From Patescibacteria group bacterium (GTDB lineage: Bacteria > Patescibacteriota > Minisyncoccia > Ryanbacterales > GWA2-47-10b), in assembly GCA_038065475.1 (NCBI GenBank), contig JBBTQY010000003.1, positions 14,464 to 78,463 on the forward strand: a stretch of DNA of 64,000 bases, read 5' to 3'. The stretch's first letter is position 1, and every line of letters starts with the position of its first letter. The position numbers and the translations under genes are program-made. The notes below the pieces were generated by a model. It did not search any database. It was not told where the DNA came from and worked only from the letters and a program-made list of their open reading frames with translations. This document shows, piece after piece, positions 8,406 through 18,359 of this stretch.

Positions 8406-10980
8406 GGCACTTCTTAAATTTTTTACCCGACCCACAATAGCAGGGGTCGTTGCGGCCGAGATCTTTGGTGCGTGCATCTTTGACGATGCGGTTGGCAACC
8501 GCGCGCTGTTCGTTGGTCACCATGCGCGTCTCGTGCTGATGGATGTGCGCATCAGAGTTAACCTTAAATATGTTTTCGATAAAAATTGCCGCAAGATTTG
8601 CGTTAAAGGTTTTGAAAAGCTTATGCGCTTCATTTTTATATTCAACAAGCGGATCGCGCTGACCATAGGCACGAAGACCCACTGACGAACGTGTATACTC
8701 CATAACCTCCAGGTGATCGCGCCAGAACATATCAATAATCTGCAAAAAGAGTGCGCGCGCATTCTGCAAAAAAAGCTCGCGATTAGCACTCATACGAAGC
8801 TGATATTCGGCCTCAAGCGCCGAGATAAACCCTTCGGGCAAGTCGAGTGATTCGGGGACGATAAACTCTTCATCGCCCTTGTGAAGTAGTGCCATGAATA
8901 CCTTTTTGGCTTCCTCGGGTGTTTCGTTGGCTTCGTGAACACGGCGCGCAAACTCGGCGATAAGTTCACGCACTTTTGTATCCACCCCGTCGAGAGACGC
9001 GCGGAGCATTTCTCTACGCTGACGATAGACAGCCGTACGCTGCTTGGAAAGCACGTCGTCATATTCGAGCAAGTGCTTGCGTGAGTCAAAATGTAACCCT
9101 TCGATCTTGGTCTGCGCTTGCTCGATAGCGCGCGTTACCATGCCAGCCTCAACCGGCTCGTCTTCAGGGATGCCAAGCTTGCCCATCAACCCTTTAAGAC
9201 GTTCGGGCGCAAAGATGCGTAAAAGATCATCTTCAAATGAAAGAAAGAAACATGATTCGCCCGGATCACCCTGGCGCCCCGCGCGACCTCGCAGCTGATT
9301 ATCAATGCGGCGCGCTTCATGCCGTTCGGTACCAAGCACAAACAAACCACCAAGTGCGCGTACTTTTTCTGCATCAGCCAGCACCGGCGGTGTACCGCCC
9401 AAGATAATATCAACGCCACGACCCGCGATATTGGTTGCGAGTGTCACCGCGCCAAGTTTACCCGCCTGTGCAATAATCTCTGCCTCTCGCTCATGGTTTT
9501 TGGCATTGAGTGCATGATGCGGCACACCCTCGCGCGTCAAAATAGCTGAGAGTATTTCATTTTTCTCGATTGACGCAGTACCAAGCAATACCGGCTGGCC
9601 CGTCTCGTGGCGTTTTTTGATTTCTCGCGCAACCGCCAAAAACTTGCCGTGCTCAGTCTGATAAATACGATCCGGATGATCGCGGCGAACCATGGGCTGA
9701 TGTGTGGGAATAACCGTCACATCAAGGTTATACACTTTCAAAAATTCTTCACGCGAAGTTTCAGCGGTACCCGTCATACCTGAGAGTTTCTCGTACATAC
9801 GAAAATAATTTTGAAACGTAATAGTAGCGAGCGTGCGTGATTCTTTTTGAATCTCAACATTTTCTTTTGCCTCAACTGCCTGATGCAAACCTTCTGACCA
9901 GCGCCGACCCGGCATCATGCGCCCCGTAAATTCGTCGACAATGATAATCTCATTGTTTTTGACCACATAATGGCGATCTTTGATAAAAAGGGCTTGCGCG
10001 CGAAGTGACTGCTCGAGGTGGCGCACGTACCGCACACCCTTTTCTGAATACATATCAGAAATACCCAATATCTTTTCTACTTTGGAAATACCCTCGTCGT
10101 TAACCAATACCGCGCGATGCTTTTCATCAACTGTGTAGTCGACATCACGCGTCAGTTTTGGTGCAATGCCGGAGAAAACGCGATATAAACTCTCTGCTTC
10201 TTCGTCAGGCGCAGAGATAATGAGTGGCGTACGTGCCTCATCAATCAAAATCGAATCTACTTCATCTACCACCGCAAAATAATGCTCGCGCTGGCGCATA
10301 CCATCGAATGACGGCGCAAGATTGTCGCGCAACCAATCAAAACCATATTCGTTGTTCGTGCCATAGGTGATGTCAGCCTCATATGCCTCGCGGCGAGTCG
10401 TCGGGCGTAAAAAGTCATCGACTACTTTGAAACTACCAAGGTCATCGCGCTTTTTATCTTCCGCCGAACCCTGGGCATACGCGGGGTCATATATAAAAGA
10501 AGTATCGTGATTGATACAACCTACTGAAAGTCCAAGAAAATGATAAATCTCTCCCATCCACACCGCATCACGACGAGCAAGATAATCATTTACCGTAACT
10601 ACATGCACGCCCTTACCTAAAAGCGCGTTGAGCGCCGTGGGAAGCGTTGCTACCAAGGTCTTACCTTCACCCGTACGCATCTCAGCAATGGTGCCGCGGT
10701 GAAGTGCAATGCCGCCCAAAAGCTGTACATCAAAATGTCGCTTGCCCGAAGTTCTGCGTGATGCCTCGCGCACCATAGCAAACACGCGCGGCAAAATTTC
10801 ATCTAAATATTCGCGAGAGAGATCTGGGTGAGCGCGCATCTCGGCAATCTCAGCCCTGATGTCTTCATCGGATTTTGCCTTGTACTCGGCTTCCAGCGCA
10901 TTAATCTCTTCAACAATAGGCAAAAAAGCGCGCGCCGCGCGCTCTTTCGAACCACTAAAAAGAGAAGAGAAAACACCCAT
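8395..10980 (-). CDS. secA: Preprotein translocase ATPase SecA
   Basis: 861 aa with the DEAD-like motor, the preprotein cross-linking domain and the C-terminal zinc-binding tail CYCGSGKKFKKCHG. Confidence 0.95.
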   Translation of the reverse strand: MGVFSSLFSGSKERAARAFLPIVEEINALEAEYKAKSDEDIRAEIAEMRAHPDLSREYLDEILPRVFAMVREASRRTSGKRHFDVQLLGGIALHRGTIAEMRTGEGKTLVATLPTALNALLGKGVHVVTVNDYLARRDAVWMGEIYHFLGLSVGCINHDTSFIYDPAYAQGSAEDKKRDDLGSFKVVDDFLRPTTRREAYEADITYGTNNEYGFDWLRDNLAPSFDGMRQREHYFAVVDEVDSILIDEARTPLIISAPDEEAESLYRVFSGIAPKLTRDVDYTVDEKHRAVLVNDEGISKVEKILGISDMYSEKGVRYVRHLEQSLRAQALFIKDRHYVVKNNEIIIVDEFTGRMMPGRRWSEGLHQAVEAKENVEIQKESRTLATITFQNYFRMYEKLSGMTGTAETSREEFLKVYNLDVTVIPTHQPMVRRDHPDRIYQTEHGKFLAVAREIKKRHETGQPVLLGTASIEKNEILSAILTREGVPHHALNAKNHEREAEIIAQAGKLGAVTLATNIAGRGVDIILGGTPPVLADAEKVRALGGLFVLGTERHEARRIDNQLRGRAGRQGDPGESCFFLSFEDDLLRIFAPERLKGLMGKLGIPEDEPVEAGMVTRAIEQAQTKIEGLHFDSRKHLLEYDDVLSKQRTAVYRQRREMLRASLDGVDTKVRELIAEFARRVHEANETPEEAKKVFMALLHKGDEEFIVPESLDLPEGFISALEAEYQLRMSANRELFLQNARALFLQIIDMFWRDHLEVMEYTRSSVGLRAYGQRDPLVEYKNEAHKLFKTFNANLAAIFIENIFKVNSDAHIHQHETRMVTNEQRAVANRIVKDARTKDLGRNDPCYCGSGKKFKKCHGQ

Positions 10981-11024
10981 AAGGTACCCTAGTGTACATC
11001 ACAAAACCCGCTTTTTCAAAGAGT

Positions 11025-11384
11025 CTAAAGTTTTTTAAGAGCTCCCTTGATCTTGCGTGCGGTGCGGATATCTTTGGTTTTTTTCTTGCCTTTAAATGAT
11101 TTTATCTCGCGCAAAAGTTCATTTTCTACGGCATCAATGACCGCATGCGGATCTTCACCCTCCTCCTCTGCGCGAATAAGGTGTTTATCTATCTTAAGAT
11201 TTGCCTCCGCCCACCACACATTGCCTTTGCGATGATGCTTTGATGTACGCGAAAGCTCTATCTCGAGTAAAGCATCAACACTACTGCCTACGAGGCGAGT
11301 TGCGGGCCCGACAATCTTTGCCTCAATATACGCGCGAATCGCGGGAGTAAGCTCTGTCTGTTTACCTTTGATGATTGTTCTCAT
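11025..11384 (-). CDS. hpf: Ribosome hibernation promoting factor (HPF/RaiA, sigma-54 modulation protein family)
   Basis: MRTIIKGKQTELTPAIRAYIEAKI...LEIELS pattern. Length is 119 aa. Confidence 0.85.
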   Translation of the reverse strand: MRTIIKGKQTELTPAIRAYIEAKIVGPATRLVGSSVDALLEIELSRTSKHHRKGNVWWAEANLKIDKHLIRAEEEGEDPHAVIDAVENELLREIKSFKGKKKTKDIRTARKIKGALKKL

Positions 11385-11408
11385 ATGTATAGTATAACGC
11401 TCTCGAGA

Positions 11409-12350
11409 TTAAAAACCGATATATTGAATTTCTTCCTCTAGGTGTAGGTCGAATTTGCGGTGAATATATTCTTTGACGAGGCCTACAAGCATCACCACCT
11501 CCTCTGCTCGCGCATTACCTCGGTTGATCATGTAGTTGCCGTGTTTTTTAGAAATGGACACGCCACCAATTGCACGCCCCTTCAAACCCAAATGATCAAT
11601 AAGAAAACCTGCGGGAATTGTTGGGTGTTGATTGAACTCAGCGAGATGTGGCAAAAGATACAGAAGATGCTTGCGTTGAGCCTCGCCCGTGGGCCATGCG
11701 ACATTTTTAAACATGCAACCCGCCGATGACTCGCCGATATCTTGGCTCTTGGATCGGCCAGCCGTGTAGTGGCGCACCATACGCTGACTGACCTCAGGAT
11801 CGCCTGGGCGCAACGCAAAGGTTGCTGAGAGTACAATAAGATTCGGATGTTTTTTAAACGTGCTTTCGCGATAGGTAAAGTGACAGAAATCATTGTCGTG
11901 CTCAGAAATCTTACCGGTATCGGCATTGAGTACGCGCACCGTATTGAGTACGTCTTTGACCTCGCCACCAAAACAGCCCGCATTACCACGCACCGATCCA
12001 CCTACCGTACCTGGAATACCGATTGCCCATTCAAGGCCTGAGAGGCCGTCTGCTACTGCGCGGGCAACGAGCACCGCGTTGGGAACGCCAGCGCCAGCGG
12101 TCAGCTCATTTTCATTGCGCTCGATGCTGCGCATCTGCATACGGATCACGAGGCCCGGAAAACCGCTATCCGCAACTACGACGTTTGACGCGGCACCCAA
12201 AATGACAAAAGGAACCTTTTGTTTTTTAGCGAATGCAATTGCTTCTTTGATGTCCTCTTCGTTTTTGGCATCAACAAGAAAACGAGCCGGCCCTCCGACT
12301 TTAAAATACGTATATGGTTTCAAGCTTACGCCCTCTTGGATAATTGCCAT
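11409..12350 (-). CDS. murB: UDP-N-acetylenolpyruvoylglucosamine reductase MurB
   Basis: FAD-binding GGPARFLVDAKNEEDIKEAIAFAKKQKVPFVILGAASNVVV and the C-terminal MurB domain. Start set at the internal ATG (MAIIQEG) with a GGGAAGG SD-like sequence upstream. The track start at 12404 is the alternative. Confidence 0.9.
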   Translation of the reverse strand: MAIIQEGVSLKPYTYFKVGGPARFLVDAKNEEDIKEAIAFAKKQKVPFVILGAASNVVVADSGFPGLVIRMQMRSIERNENELTAGAGVPNAVLVARAVADGLSGLEWAIGIPGTVGGSVRGNAGCFGGEVKDVLNTVRVLNADTGKISEHDNDFCHFTYRESTFKKHPNLIVLSATFALRPGDPEVSQRMVRHYTAGRSKSQDIGESSAGCMFKNVAWPTGEAQRKHLLYLLPHLAEFNQHPTIPAGFLIDHLGLKGRAIGGVSISKKHGNYMINRGNARAEEVVMLVGLVKEYIHRKFDLHLEEEIQYIGF

Positions 12351-12442
12351 AGAAAACCGGGCCTTCCCGCCACGCAGGGCTATTGAGGGTTTTACTCCAT
12401 ACATATGTCCTTATGTGAGTGCCAGCTCAACAGCCCTGCCTA

Positions 12443-12472
12443 GCGACAAAGTCGCCGCATCCTCAGTATAAT
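12443..12472 (+). promoter_or_regulatory. Putative promoter (GCGACA-N18-TATAAT) overlapping an inverted repeat GCGAC-aaa-GTCGC
   Basis: Read from sequence in the murB/PGT intergenic region. The -35 is a 4/6 match. Confidence 0.3.
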
Positions 12473-12510
12473 CTATTACGATTATTATGCGAAGAAATAT
12501 ACACAAAAAT

Positions 12511-12538
12511 ACAAAACCCCCGCAAGCGGGGGTTTTGT
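12511..12538. terminator. Intrinsic-terminator-like GC hairpin (CCCCCG-caag-CGGGGG) flanked by an A-run and a T-run. This is a possible attenuator in the leader of the polysaccharide operon.
   Basis: Perfect 6-bp GC stem with a 4-nt loop. TTTTG lies downstream on the plus strand and T-rich sequence downstream on the minus strand. It sits about 45 nt after the putative promoter. Confidence 0.4.
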
Positions 12539-12695
12539 ACGGACATATGCTAGAGCTCCGGCAAGCCGGAAACACAACACATTGTACTATGAGTATAAGG
12601 CACGAAGCATTTTTTGTCAAGTACCTGTCGGCTCAACGCTGTGCGTTAGTAAAGACAAGGCCCTAAATACCCGCTATGATGATAAAAATAGCTAT

Positions 12696-14036
12696 ATGAC
12701 TCTAGGCACCTATCGTACTATCTTGCTTGCAATTGGCGATGTCGCTGTTTTTTGGGCGTCACTCGTTATCACTCTCTTTTTGCGCTATGGTGCAGATCGA
12801 TTTAACGGCAATTTTGCGATCCACATCCTGCCATTCGGCGTCGTATTTGCAGTATGGATTTTAGTTTTCTATATTATCGGGCTCTACGAGGTTCGTATTA
12901 TCGGCAAACCAGAACAACTTTTTAAATATCTAACCTATGCCACGCTTTCGGGCGGCATTATCGCCATTGCTCTTTTCTATTTTGTACCGGCTTTTACGAT
13001 TACACCGCGCATCAATCTAATCCTTGATATTATAATCACATTTGCCCTTATGCTTGGTTGGCGATCACTCTTTGCCTTTGCGGGACGATCGACTGATAAA
13101 ATACGCGTACTCCTCGTTGGTTCTTCACCCGATATCGATGAGCTCGCACGCACCATCGAAGACTATCCTCACCTCGGCTACATCATCAAAGCGCGTTGCC
13201 CTGAAGTTACTCCTCATATCCTAAATCTCGTAAGCGAACATCAAGTCGATATTGTCGTTGCATCAAAAGAGAACCAAACAAACGACACCCTCTTGCAGGC
13301 TCTCTATGAAGCGATTCACCGCGGTATACGATTTGTCGATGTCTCCGTCTTTTATGAAATGATTTTGGGACGCATCCCCGTATCCCTCATCTCTAAAGTT
13401 TGGTTTTTGGAAAATATCGCTGAAGCCGAAAAACTTTTTTTTGAAATCAGCAAGCGCGCAGTCGATATCCTTTTTGCCCTTATTCTTGTGATCCCTACAA
13501 CTATCCTCATGCCGTTTGTAGCGGTTGCTATCCGCCTAAATTCACAAGGCCCAATATTTATCCGCCAAAAGCGTATAGGACGTATGGGCAAATCATTTAC
13601 CCTACTCAAGTACCGCACCATGTTAGCGCTCAGTCCTGACGGATCTGCAGAAACTCGGGGAGCCGAATGGTCTCAAGAGGGTGACAAGCGCATTACTGGT
13701 ATCGGTAAGATTCTTCGCTCAACACGTATCGATGAACTTCCACAGGTTTGGAACATTCTACGCGGAGACCTTTCGTTTATCGGTCCGCGACCTGAACGCC
13801 CTGAGTTTGTCGAGAACCTCCGCAAAGATATCCCCTATTATGATATGCGACACCTCGTGCGCCCGGGTCTCTCTGGCTGGGCACAAATCAACCCGCCTTA
13901 CTACTATGCCTCACACGACGATACGATCCTCAAGCTTCAATACGATTTGTACTACATAAAAAATCGAGACCTGGGCCTCGATCTCTCCATCGCTCTCAAA
14001 ACATTGATGGTTATGCTCTCACGCCAGGGACGCTAA
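12696..14036 (+). CDS. Polyprenyl-phosphate sugar phosphotransferase (bacterial sugar transferase, WbaP/EpsB-like initiating PGT)
   Basis: C-terminal catalytic domain RQKRIGRMGKSFTLLKYRTM...DELPQVWNILRGDLSFIGPRPERP. Start set at the first ATG (MTLGTYRTILL) because the track start at 12582 is a TTG. Confidence 0.85.
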   Translation: MTLGTYRTILLAIGDVAVFWASLVITLFLRYGADRFNGNFAIHILPFGVVFAVWILVFYIIGLYEVRIIGKPEQLFKYLTYATLSGGIIAIALFYFVPAFTITPRINLILDIIITFALMLGWRSLFAFAGRSTDKIRVLLVGSSPDIDELARTIEDYPHLGYIIKARCPEVTPHILNLVSEHQVDIVVASKENQTNDTLLQALYEAIHRGIRFVDVSVFYEMILGRIPVSLISKVWFLENIAEAEKLFFEISKRAVDILFALILVIPTTILMPFVAVAIRLNSQGPIFIRQKRIGRMGKSFTLLKYRTMLALSPDGSAETRGAEWSQEGDKRITGIGKILRSTRIDELPQVWNILRGDLSFIGPRPERPEFVENLRKDIPYYDMRHLVRPGLSGWAQINPPYYYASHDDTILKLQYDLYYIKNRDLGLDLSIALKTLMVMLSRQGR

Positions 14037-16339
14037 CGATCTGGACTTGAAGAGGCGTCATTTAGTAAAGTGCCCAACTCCCCTTGCAACAATGGATTTA
14101 AGTCAAGCGTTTTTTCAGCGTAGAGGCGGGCACTTACCTTGTCGCCTGCCTCTGCAGACGTAAGTGCAATTACGCGATATAGCTCGGGCGACGGTGATGC
14201 CCACCGTGCAAACTCTTTCAAAAAGTGAAGACGCGCGGAAACATTTTTCACATATCGAGACAGTTGGGCAACGCGAGTAATTTCATCTCTACCAAAATTT
14301 GTCATATTGGGGAGTTTAGTATCTTTACGCATGTGCTCATCGAGCATACGTAGAGCCTCGTCCGGTTTATCAGCCAGTAAATACACCGCGAGGGCAACAT
14401 GCATCATCTCTTCCGATTGCGGAGCAAGCGCAAACGCACCACGAATAAGCTCTGCAGCGTCATCGGGGCGATTGCCCATTAAATAAAGTTCTGCAAAGGC
14501 AACATGGTTTTGTATGTACTGAGGAGCAATCGAAAGTGCCTTGCGATAAGCATCCTCTGCTGCACGAAAATCGGCTTCATTGTGTTTTAGGTTAAAGCGT
14601 ACAGCATAAAGACGCCCCAAAAAAAGCTGCCGTTTGGCGCTCTCGGGATAATGCCGCGTCTCATATTCAAACCCACGGATTGCATCATCGAGTAATGCCG
14701 CGGCAAGAACATGACTCTCACGCTCTAACACAACATTCATTACTTCGTTACCAAAGCGCTCGTGAAGCTCGAGTGTGCCGAACGTATCCAGATCCTCAGT
14801 ATAGGCAAGAGTTTTCCGTATCTCACCTAGTGGCGCACCACTACTGAACTCTTGCAGGGCCTGAAGAATACCACGCGCTGCTTGCATCGCAGGTATATTC
14901 ACAAAATATATGATGCTCATGACACTAATACCAACGCAAATCATGAGTATACCGTGCATAGTACTAATAGATTTTGAACGAATGCGCTTTGATTGTTGTA
15001 CGCTCAATAAACTTTGCGTGAGTGAATATAATGCCGCAAACCAAAACAATAATGCGAGATAGGTGCCAATCGTATCAAATACAAATGCGTTTTGTATAAG
15101 ATACGCGACTCCGGTACTAGCGAGGAATAGCGCAAGACGCCAATCAATCTTTTTTTGCTGTATGCCACGCCAAAGCGCAAAAAAAGCAGCGCCAAAAACA
15201 GCAAGATATGAAAAAAATCCTATACTGCCGGTGGCTACTAACCACTCGAGAAACATATTGTGCACACGATCAAACCATGGTTCGTTGCCGTGAAGTTCTG
15301 GATTGTAAAGCCGCGAATAGGGTTCGATAAAATTACCAGGACCCCAGCCTAACAATGGCCGCTCGAGAAACGCGCGCCATCCTATCCCCCAAATAAGTAT
15401 GCGAGGATCATTTTTTAGTGAGCTCGACGAGACGGTAACAAGACGCTCAAGTACCTCGACATGACGTGTCAGTATATTGTTTGGCTGATAAAAAACAAAC
15501 ACTGCCAGCAACACCAACGCGACAAACCCTCCTATAATACTTAACCGCACCCTACGAGAAGATGTTTTCAGTAAAAACCCGACAAGTACGACAAAAACAC
15601 CCGCCACAAAACCAATGAATGCTCCTCTGCTTGCTGCAATAAAAAATATATAGCCTTCGGCCACCAACACGGCGGTATATGCTACGCGAGCCCACACTTC
15701 TCGTGAATAGATAAGAAAGAAGAGTGTAATAAAAAAATGAAAAAGAAGATATTCGGCAAGATAAATTGAATTGCCAAACCATGCGTATGGACGGTATTCG
15801 CCTACAATGGCAACAAGACCGCGAGCCTGTAGCAACGCATAGAACGTCACAACAAGGCTAACAGCTAAAGATCCGTGGAAGAGATAGGCCCAATCACGAG
15901 GCGTACGCAATATATTTGATAACACAACAAATAAAGCTCCGAGATGCAGGTAGGTTACTAGTCCCTCCATGCGCTCGAAATTCGACCAAAAACTCATCGC
16001 GGGATCGGAGCCAAAAATCGTAGCTAAAGTTACGATGATGAGAAACCCGCCAAGAGCAAGGGTTAACGGACTACGCCGAAGCCGATATGCAGGATTAATG
16101 ACTGCAAGTATAAACCATACTCCCGTTATCAATTCGACAATAATGCGAAAAAAGAAATTCTTCCCGGTGATAAACGGGAAAAGCATACTTTGACTTACAA
16201 TCAAAGGGACACATAATAATACGCCTATCCCTATGCGCGCCGCCCATATAAGCGATCGCTCAAGAGTAATCATGTTACGTAGTATGCCATACCTTTCATC
16301 CTTGAGCGATATCGTGCCCATTGTCTGCACGAGTACCAT
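14033..16339 (-). CDS. O-antigen ligase (Wzy_C)-domain polytopic membrane protein fused to C-terminal TPR repeats
   Basis: About 12 TM helices with an AASRGAFIGFVAG ligase-type loop. The C-terminal 300 aa carry repeated TPR-like AxxYxxAL motifs. Confidence 0.75.
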   Translation of the reverse strand: MVLVQTMGTISLKDERYGILRNMITLERSLIWAARIGIGVLLCVPLIVSQSMLFPFITGKNFFFRIIVELITGVWFILAVINPAYRLRRSPLTLALGGFLIIVTLATIFGSDPAMSFWSNFERMEGLVTYLHLGALFVVLSNILRTPRDWAYLFHGSLAVSLVVTFYALLQARGLVAIVGEYRPYAWFGNSIYLAEYLLFHFFITLFFLIYSREVWARVAYTAVLVAEGYIFFIAASRGAFIGFVAGVFVVLVGFLLKTSSRRVRLSIIGGFVALVLLAVFVFYQPNNILTRHVEVLERLVTVSSSSLKNDPRILIWGIGWRAFLERPLLGWGPGNFIEPYSRLYNPELHGNEPWFDRVHNMFLEWLVATGSIGFFSYLAVFGAAFFALWRGIQQKKIDWRLALFLASTGVAYLIQNAFVFDTIGTYLALLFWFAALYSLTQSLLSVQQSKRIRSKSISTMHGILMICVGISVMSIIYFVNIPAMQAARGILQALQEFSSGAPLGEIRKTLAYTEDLDTFGTLELHERFGNEVMNVVLERESHVLAAALLDDAIRGFEYETRHYPESAKRQLFLGRLYAVRFNLKHNEADFRAAEDAYRKALSIAPQYIQNHVAFAELYLMGNRPDDAAELIRGAFALAPQSEEMMHVALAVYLLADKPDEALRMLDEHMRKDTKLPNMTNFGRDEITRVAQLSRYVKNVSARLHFLKEFARWASPSPELYRVIALTSAEAGDKVSARLYAEKTLDLNPLLQGELGTLLNDASSSPDR

Positions 16340-16360
16340 ACAGTATATTGCATAGTATCG

Positions 16361-17788
16361 ATGCCTGATTCACTTATAACAAAACATAGATCCGCTCTTC
16401 TCCTCATTCTGTATCTTGTTGTGCTCTTCAATATTTTTTGGAGTCCCACGGGGTCATTTGTAGGTACACCAAAATATTGGTGGGACGAAAGTTTTGCTAT
16501 TGAGACGGCGCGTACGATACTTGAAATCGGGCGTATCGACGTAACGGTAGCCCCCAACACTCCATCCAATATCGCCGTTGCCCTCAACGCAAACGGCTTC
16601 CCTCTGACACTGCCACTTGCGGGCATTTTCTCGATCTTCGGCATCAGTCTTTTGGTCGCGCGTGTGTATATGATCTTTTGGATTATCGGGGTGCTCGTGA
16701 TGTTGTTTTATACAATAAAAAATTTTTTTGACTGGGAGAGCGCTTGGTGGGGTACACTCCTTGTGGCGACATTTGCTCCATTTTACGCAAACGGAAAAAC
16801 GGTGACCGGCGATATGCCTGGAATATTTTTTTTCCTACTCGGCATTCTTCTCGTAGGCATTCAGAAGAAATATACCTTGGGAGGCGTAGCGTTTGGGCTC
16901 GCGTTTGCCGCAAAAACTTCCCTTTTCCATATGGTATTCCCTGCTATCGCGATTGCCCTTGTGATAACCGAAAGATACGGCGCGTGGAAACCGCTCATCC
17001 GAGTCACTCTCGGATCCAGCGTCGTTGTCGCGGCATGGCTCTTACTTCTCCTGCCTCACCCCTACTCTCTTGCCAATCTTTCTCCTGCTATAGAATTTTA
17101 TAAGCATCCCATCAGCAAAGCCTCTGTCCTACAAGCACTACCGGAGAGTCTTAGTATATTTTTTTCAACCACTATTTTGTATGTCATTCTTTTGACAGTA
17201 ATCACTATAGCTGCATTTTTGCGAAAGCCAGCATTATCAAAAGAAACTCGTATATTTCTGGCGTTTATCGCCTCATATATCCTCTTACAATCAATCGTCT
17301 TTGTACGAAGTCCGGGATGGTACCGGTATCTCCTCGGCGTTGAGATGGTGTTGCTCACCCTTCTCTTCCCCGCACTCATGCGCCTTCGCTCGCGCACCGA
17401 GGTATCAAAAAAAACAATCGCATTGGGACTTACAGTGCTCGTAGCATTTCAATCGGGTCACTATCTTTTCTTTTCAAACATCTTCTCGCGACAAAACCCT
17501 ACACAAGTTTCCAACATCCTCAACGAACTCCTCGTGAAAGAACCTGGAAGCACAATAGGATTTATCGACGCACCAACCGAAGCGGCACTCATCCCCGGTA
17601 ACCGTAAATATCATTATCTCCGTGTAGGAGGCGGCACCTATGCAGGAGTTCACCCGCTCACACTACCCCCAGCACTTCAACCAACCTATATATATACAAC
17701 CAACGCAAAAGCTGCGGCCTCACTCACAGAGTCCTATGAACGTATCACGGCAACCGACGGCGTCACGCTCTATCGAAAAAAACAATAA
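16361..17788 (+). CDS. Polytopic membrane protein, putative GT-C fold glycosyltransferase (ArnT/PMT-like)
   Basis: More than 10 TM helices, with WWDESF in the first extracytoplasmic loop (the DE-type motif of GT-C enzymes). Family assignment is tentative. Confidence 0.5.
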   Translation: MPDSLITKHRSALLLILYLVVLFNIFWSPTGSFVGTPKYWWDESFAIETARTILEIGRIDVTVAPNTPSNIAVALNANGFPLTLPLAGIFSIFGISLLVARVYMIFWIIGVLVMLFYTIKNFFDWESAWWGTLLVATFAPFYANGKTVTGDMPGIFFFLLGILLVGIQKKYTLGGVAFGLAFAAKTSLFHMVFPAIAIALVITERYGAWKPLIRVTLGSSVVVAAWLLLLLPHPYSLANLSPAIEFYKHPISKASVLQALPESLSIFFSTTILYVILLTVITIAAFLRKPALSKETRIFLAFIASYILLQSIVFVRSPGWYRYLLGVEMVLLTLLFPALMRLRSRTEVSKKTIALGLTVLVAFQSGHYLFFSNIFSRQNPTQVSNILNELLVKEPGSTIGFIDAPTEAALIPGNRKYHYLRVGGGTYAGVHPLTLPPALQPTYIYTTNAKAAASLTESYERITATDGVTLYRKKQ

Positions 17789-17789
17789 A

Positions 17790-18359
17790 CTATAGATCCT
17801 TCCGAGCCTCTCCAAATAAATTGAGGCCAAATTGCCAATAGGTCAGCGTCTGGGATGCGGGAGAAAAACCCGCTTTTGTCAGTGCTGCCGAGAGCTCTTT
17901 TTTTGAATAATATCGCTTGTGATCCAAAATCTCATCTTTATTGATAACACCCCACGAGGCAAGCATCTCAAGAAGTGGTTTGTTGCGCCATGTAGGTACT
18001 GTGATCACGACGCGTCCACCTGGTTTTAAAACACGATATACCTCGGAGAGCATCCCTGCCTCATCGCTAAAATGCTCGAGGGCAGCAAGAATGGTAACAA
18101 GATCAACGGTCGCATCCGGCAACGGAACCTTATCATCAAGCTCAAGCGCTTTGAGGGTATAGGCACCCCCCTCTTCTGCGGTAATATATTTATCAAACCC
18201 ATAACCGTGCTTTATTTTCCTTGAAAAATGTTTTAACAAAAACGCCTCTCTCCCGCAGCCGAGATCACAAAGAACACTCCCTTCGCGCACAAAACGTTCG
18301 ATTTTGCGGATACGAAACCTGCGCAACATCTTATCAAACGAGGTCCACTTACTTTCCAT
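17790..18359 (-). CDS. Class I SAM-dependent methyltransferase
   Basis: Motif I VLCDLGCGREAFL and motif LKPGGRVVITVP. Confidence 0.8.
   Translation of the reverse strand: MESKWTSFDKMLRRFRIRKIERFVREGSVLCDLGCGREAFLLKHFSRKIKHGYGFDKYITAEEGGAYTLKALELDDKVPLPDATVDLVTILAALEHFSDEAGMLSEVYRVLKPGGRVVITVPTWRNKPLLEMLASWGVINKDEILDHKRYYSKKELSAALTKAGFSPASQTLTYWQFGLNLFGEARKDL

Noticed and set aside
8215-9549. Multiple 60-156-aa ORFs inside secA on both strands.
   Set aside because: They lie nested within the continuous 861-aa SecA reading frame and show no independent signals.
11460-12471. ORFs antisense or alternate-frame to murB (11582-12001 on the minus strand, 11893-12471 on the plus strand, among others).
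   Set aside because: MurB is unambiguous in its own frame. The others are low-complexity overlapping frames.
12582-12695. An N-terminal extension of the sugar phosphotransferase from a TTG start (MYYEYKARS...).
   Set aside because: It needs a TTG start, has no SD, and the extension has no resemblance to PGT N-termini. The first ATG at 12696 precedes the first TM helix. This is uncertain, and the start could lie anywhere from 12582 to 12696.
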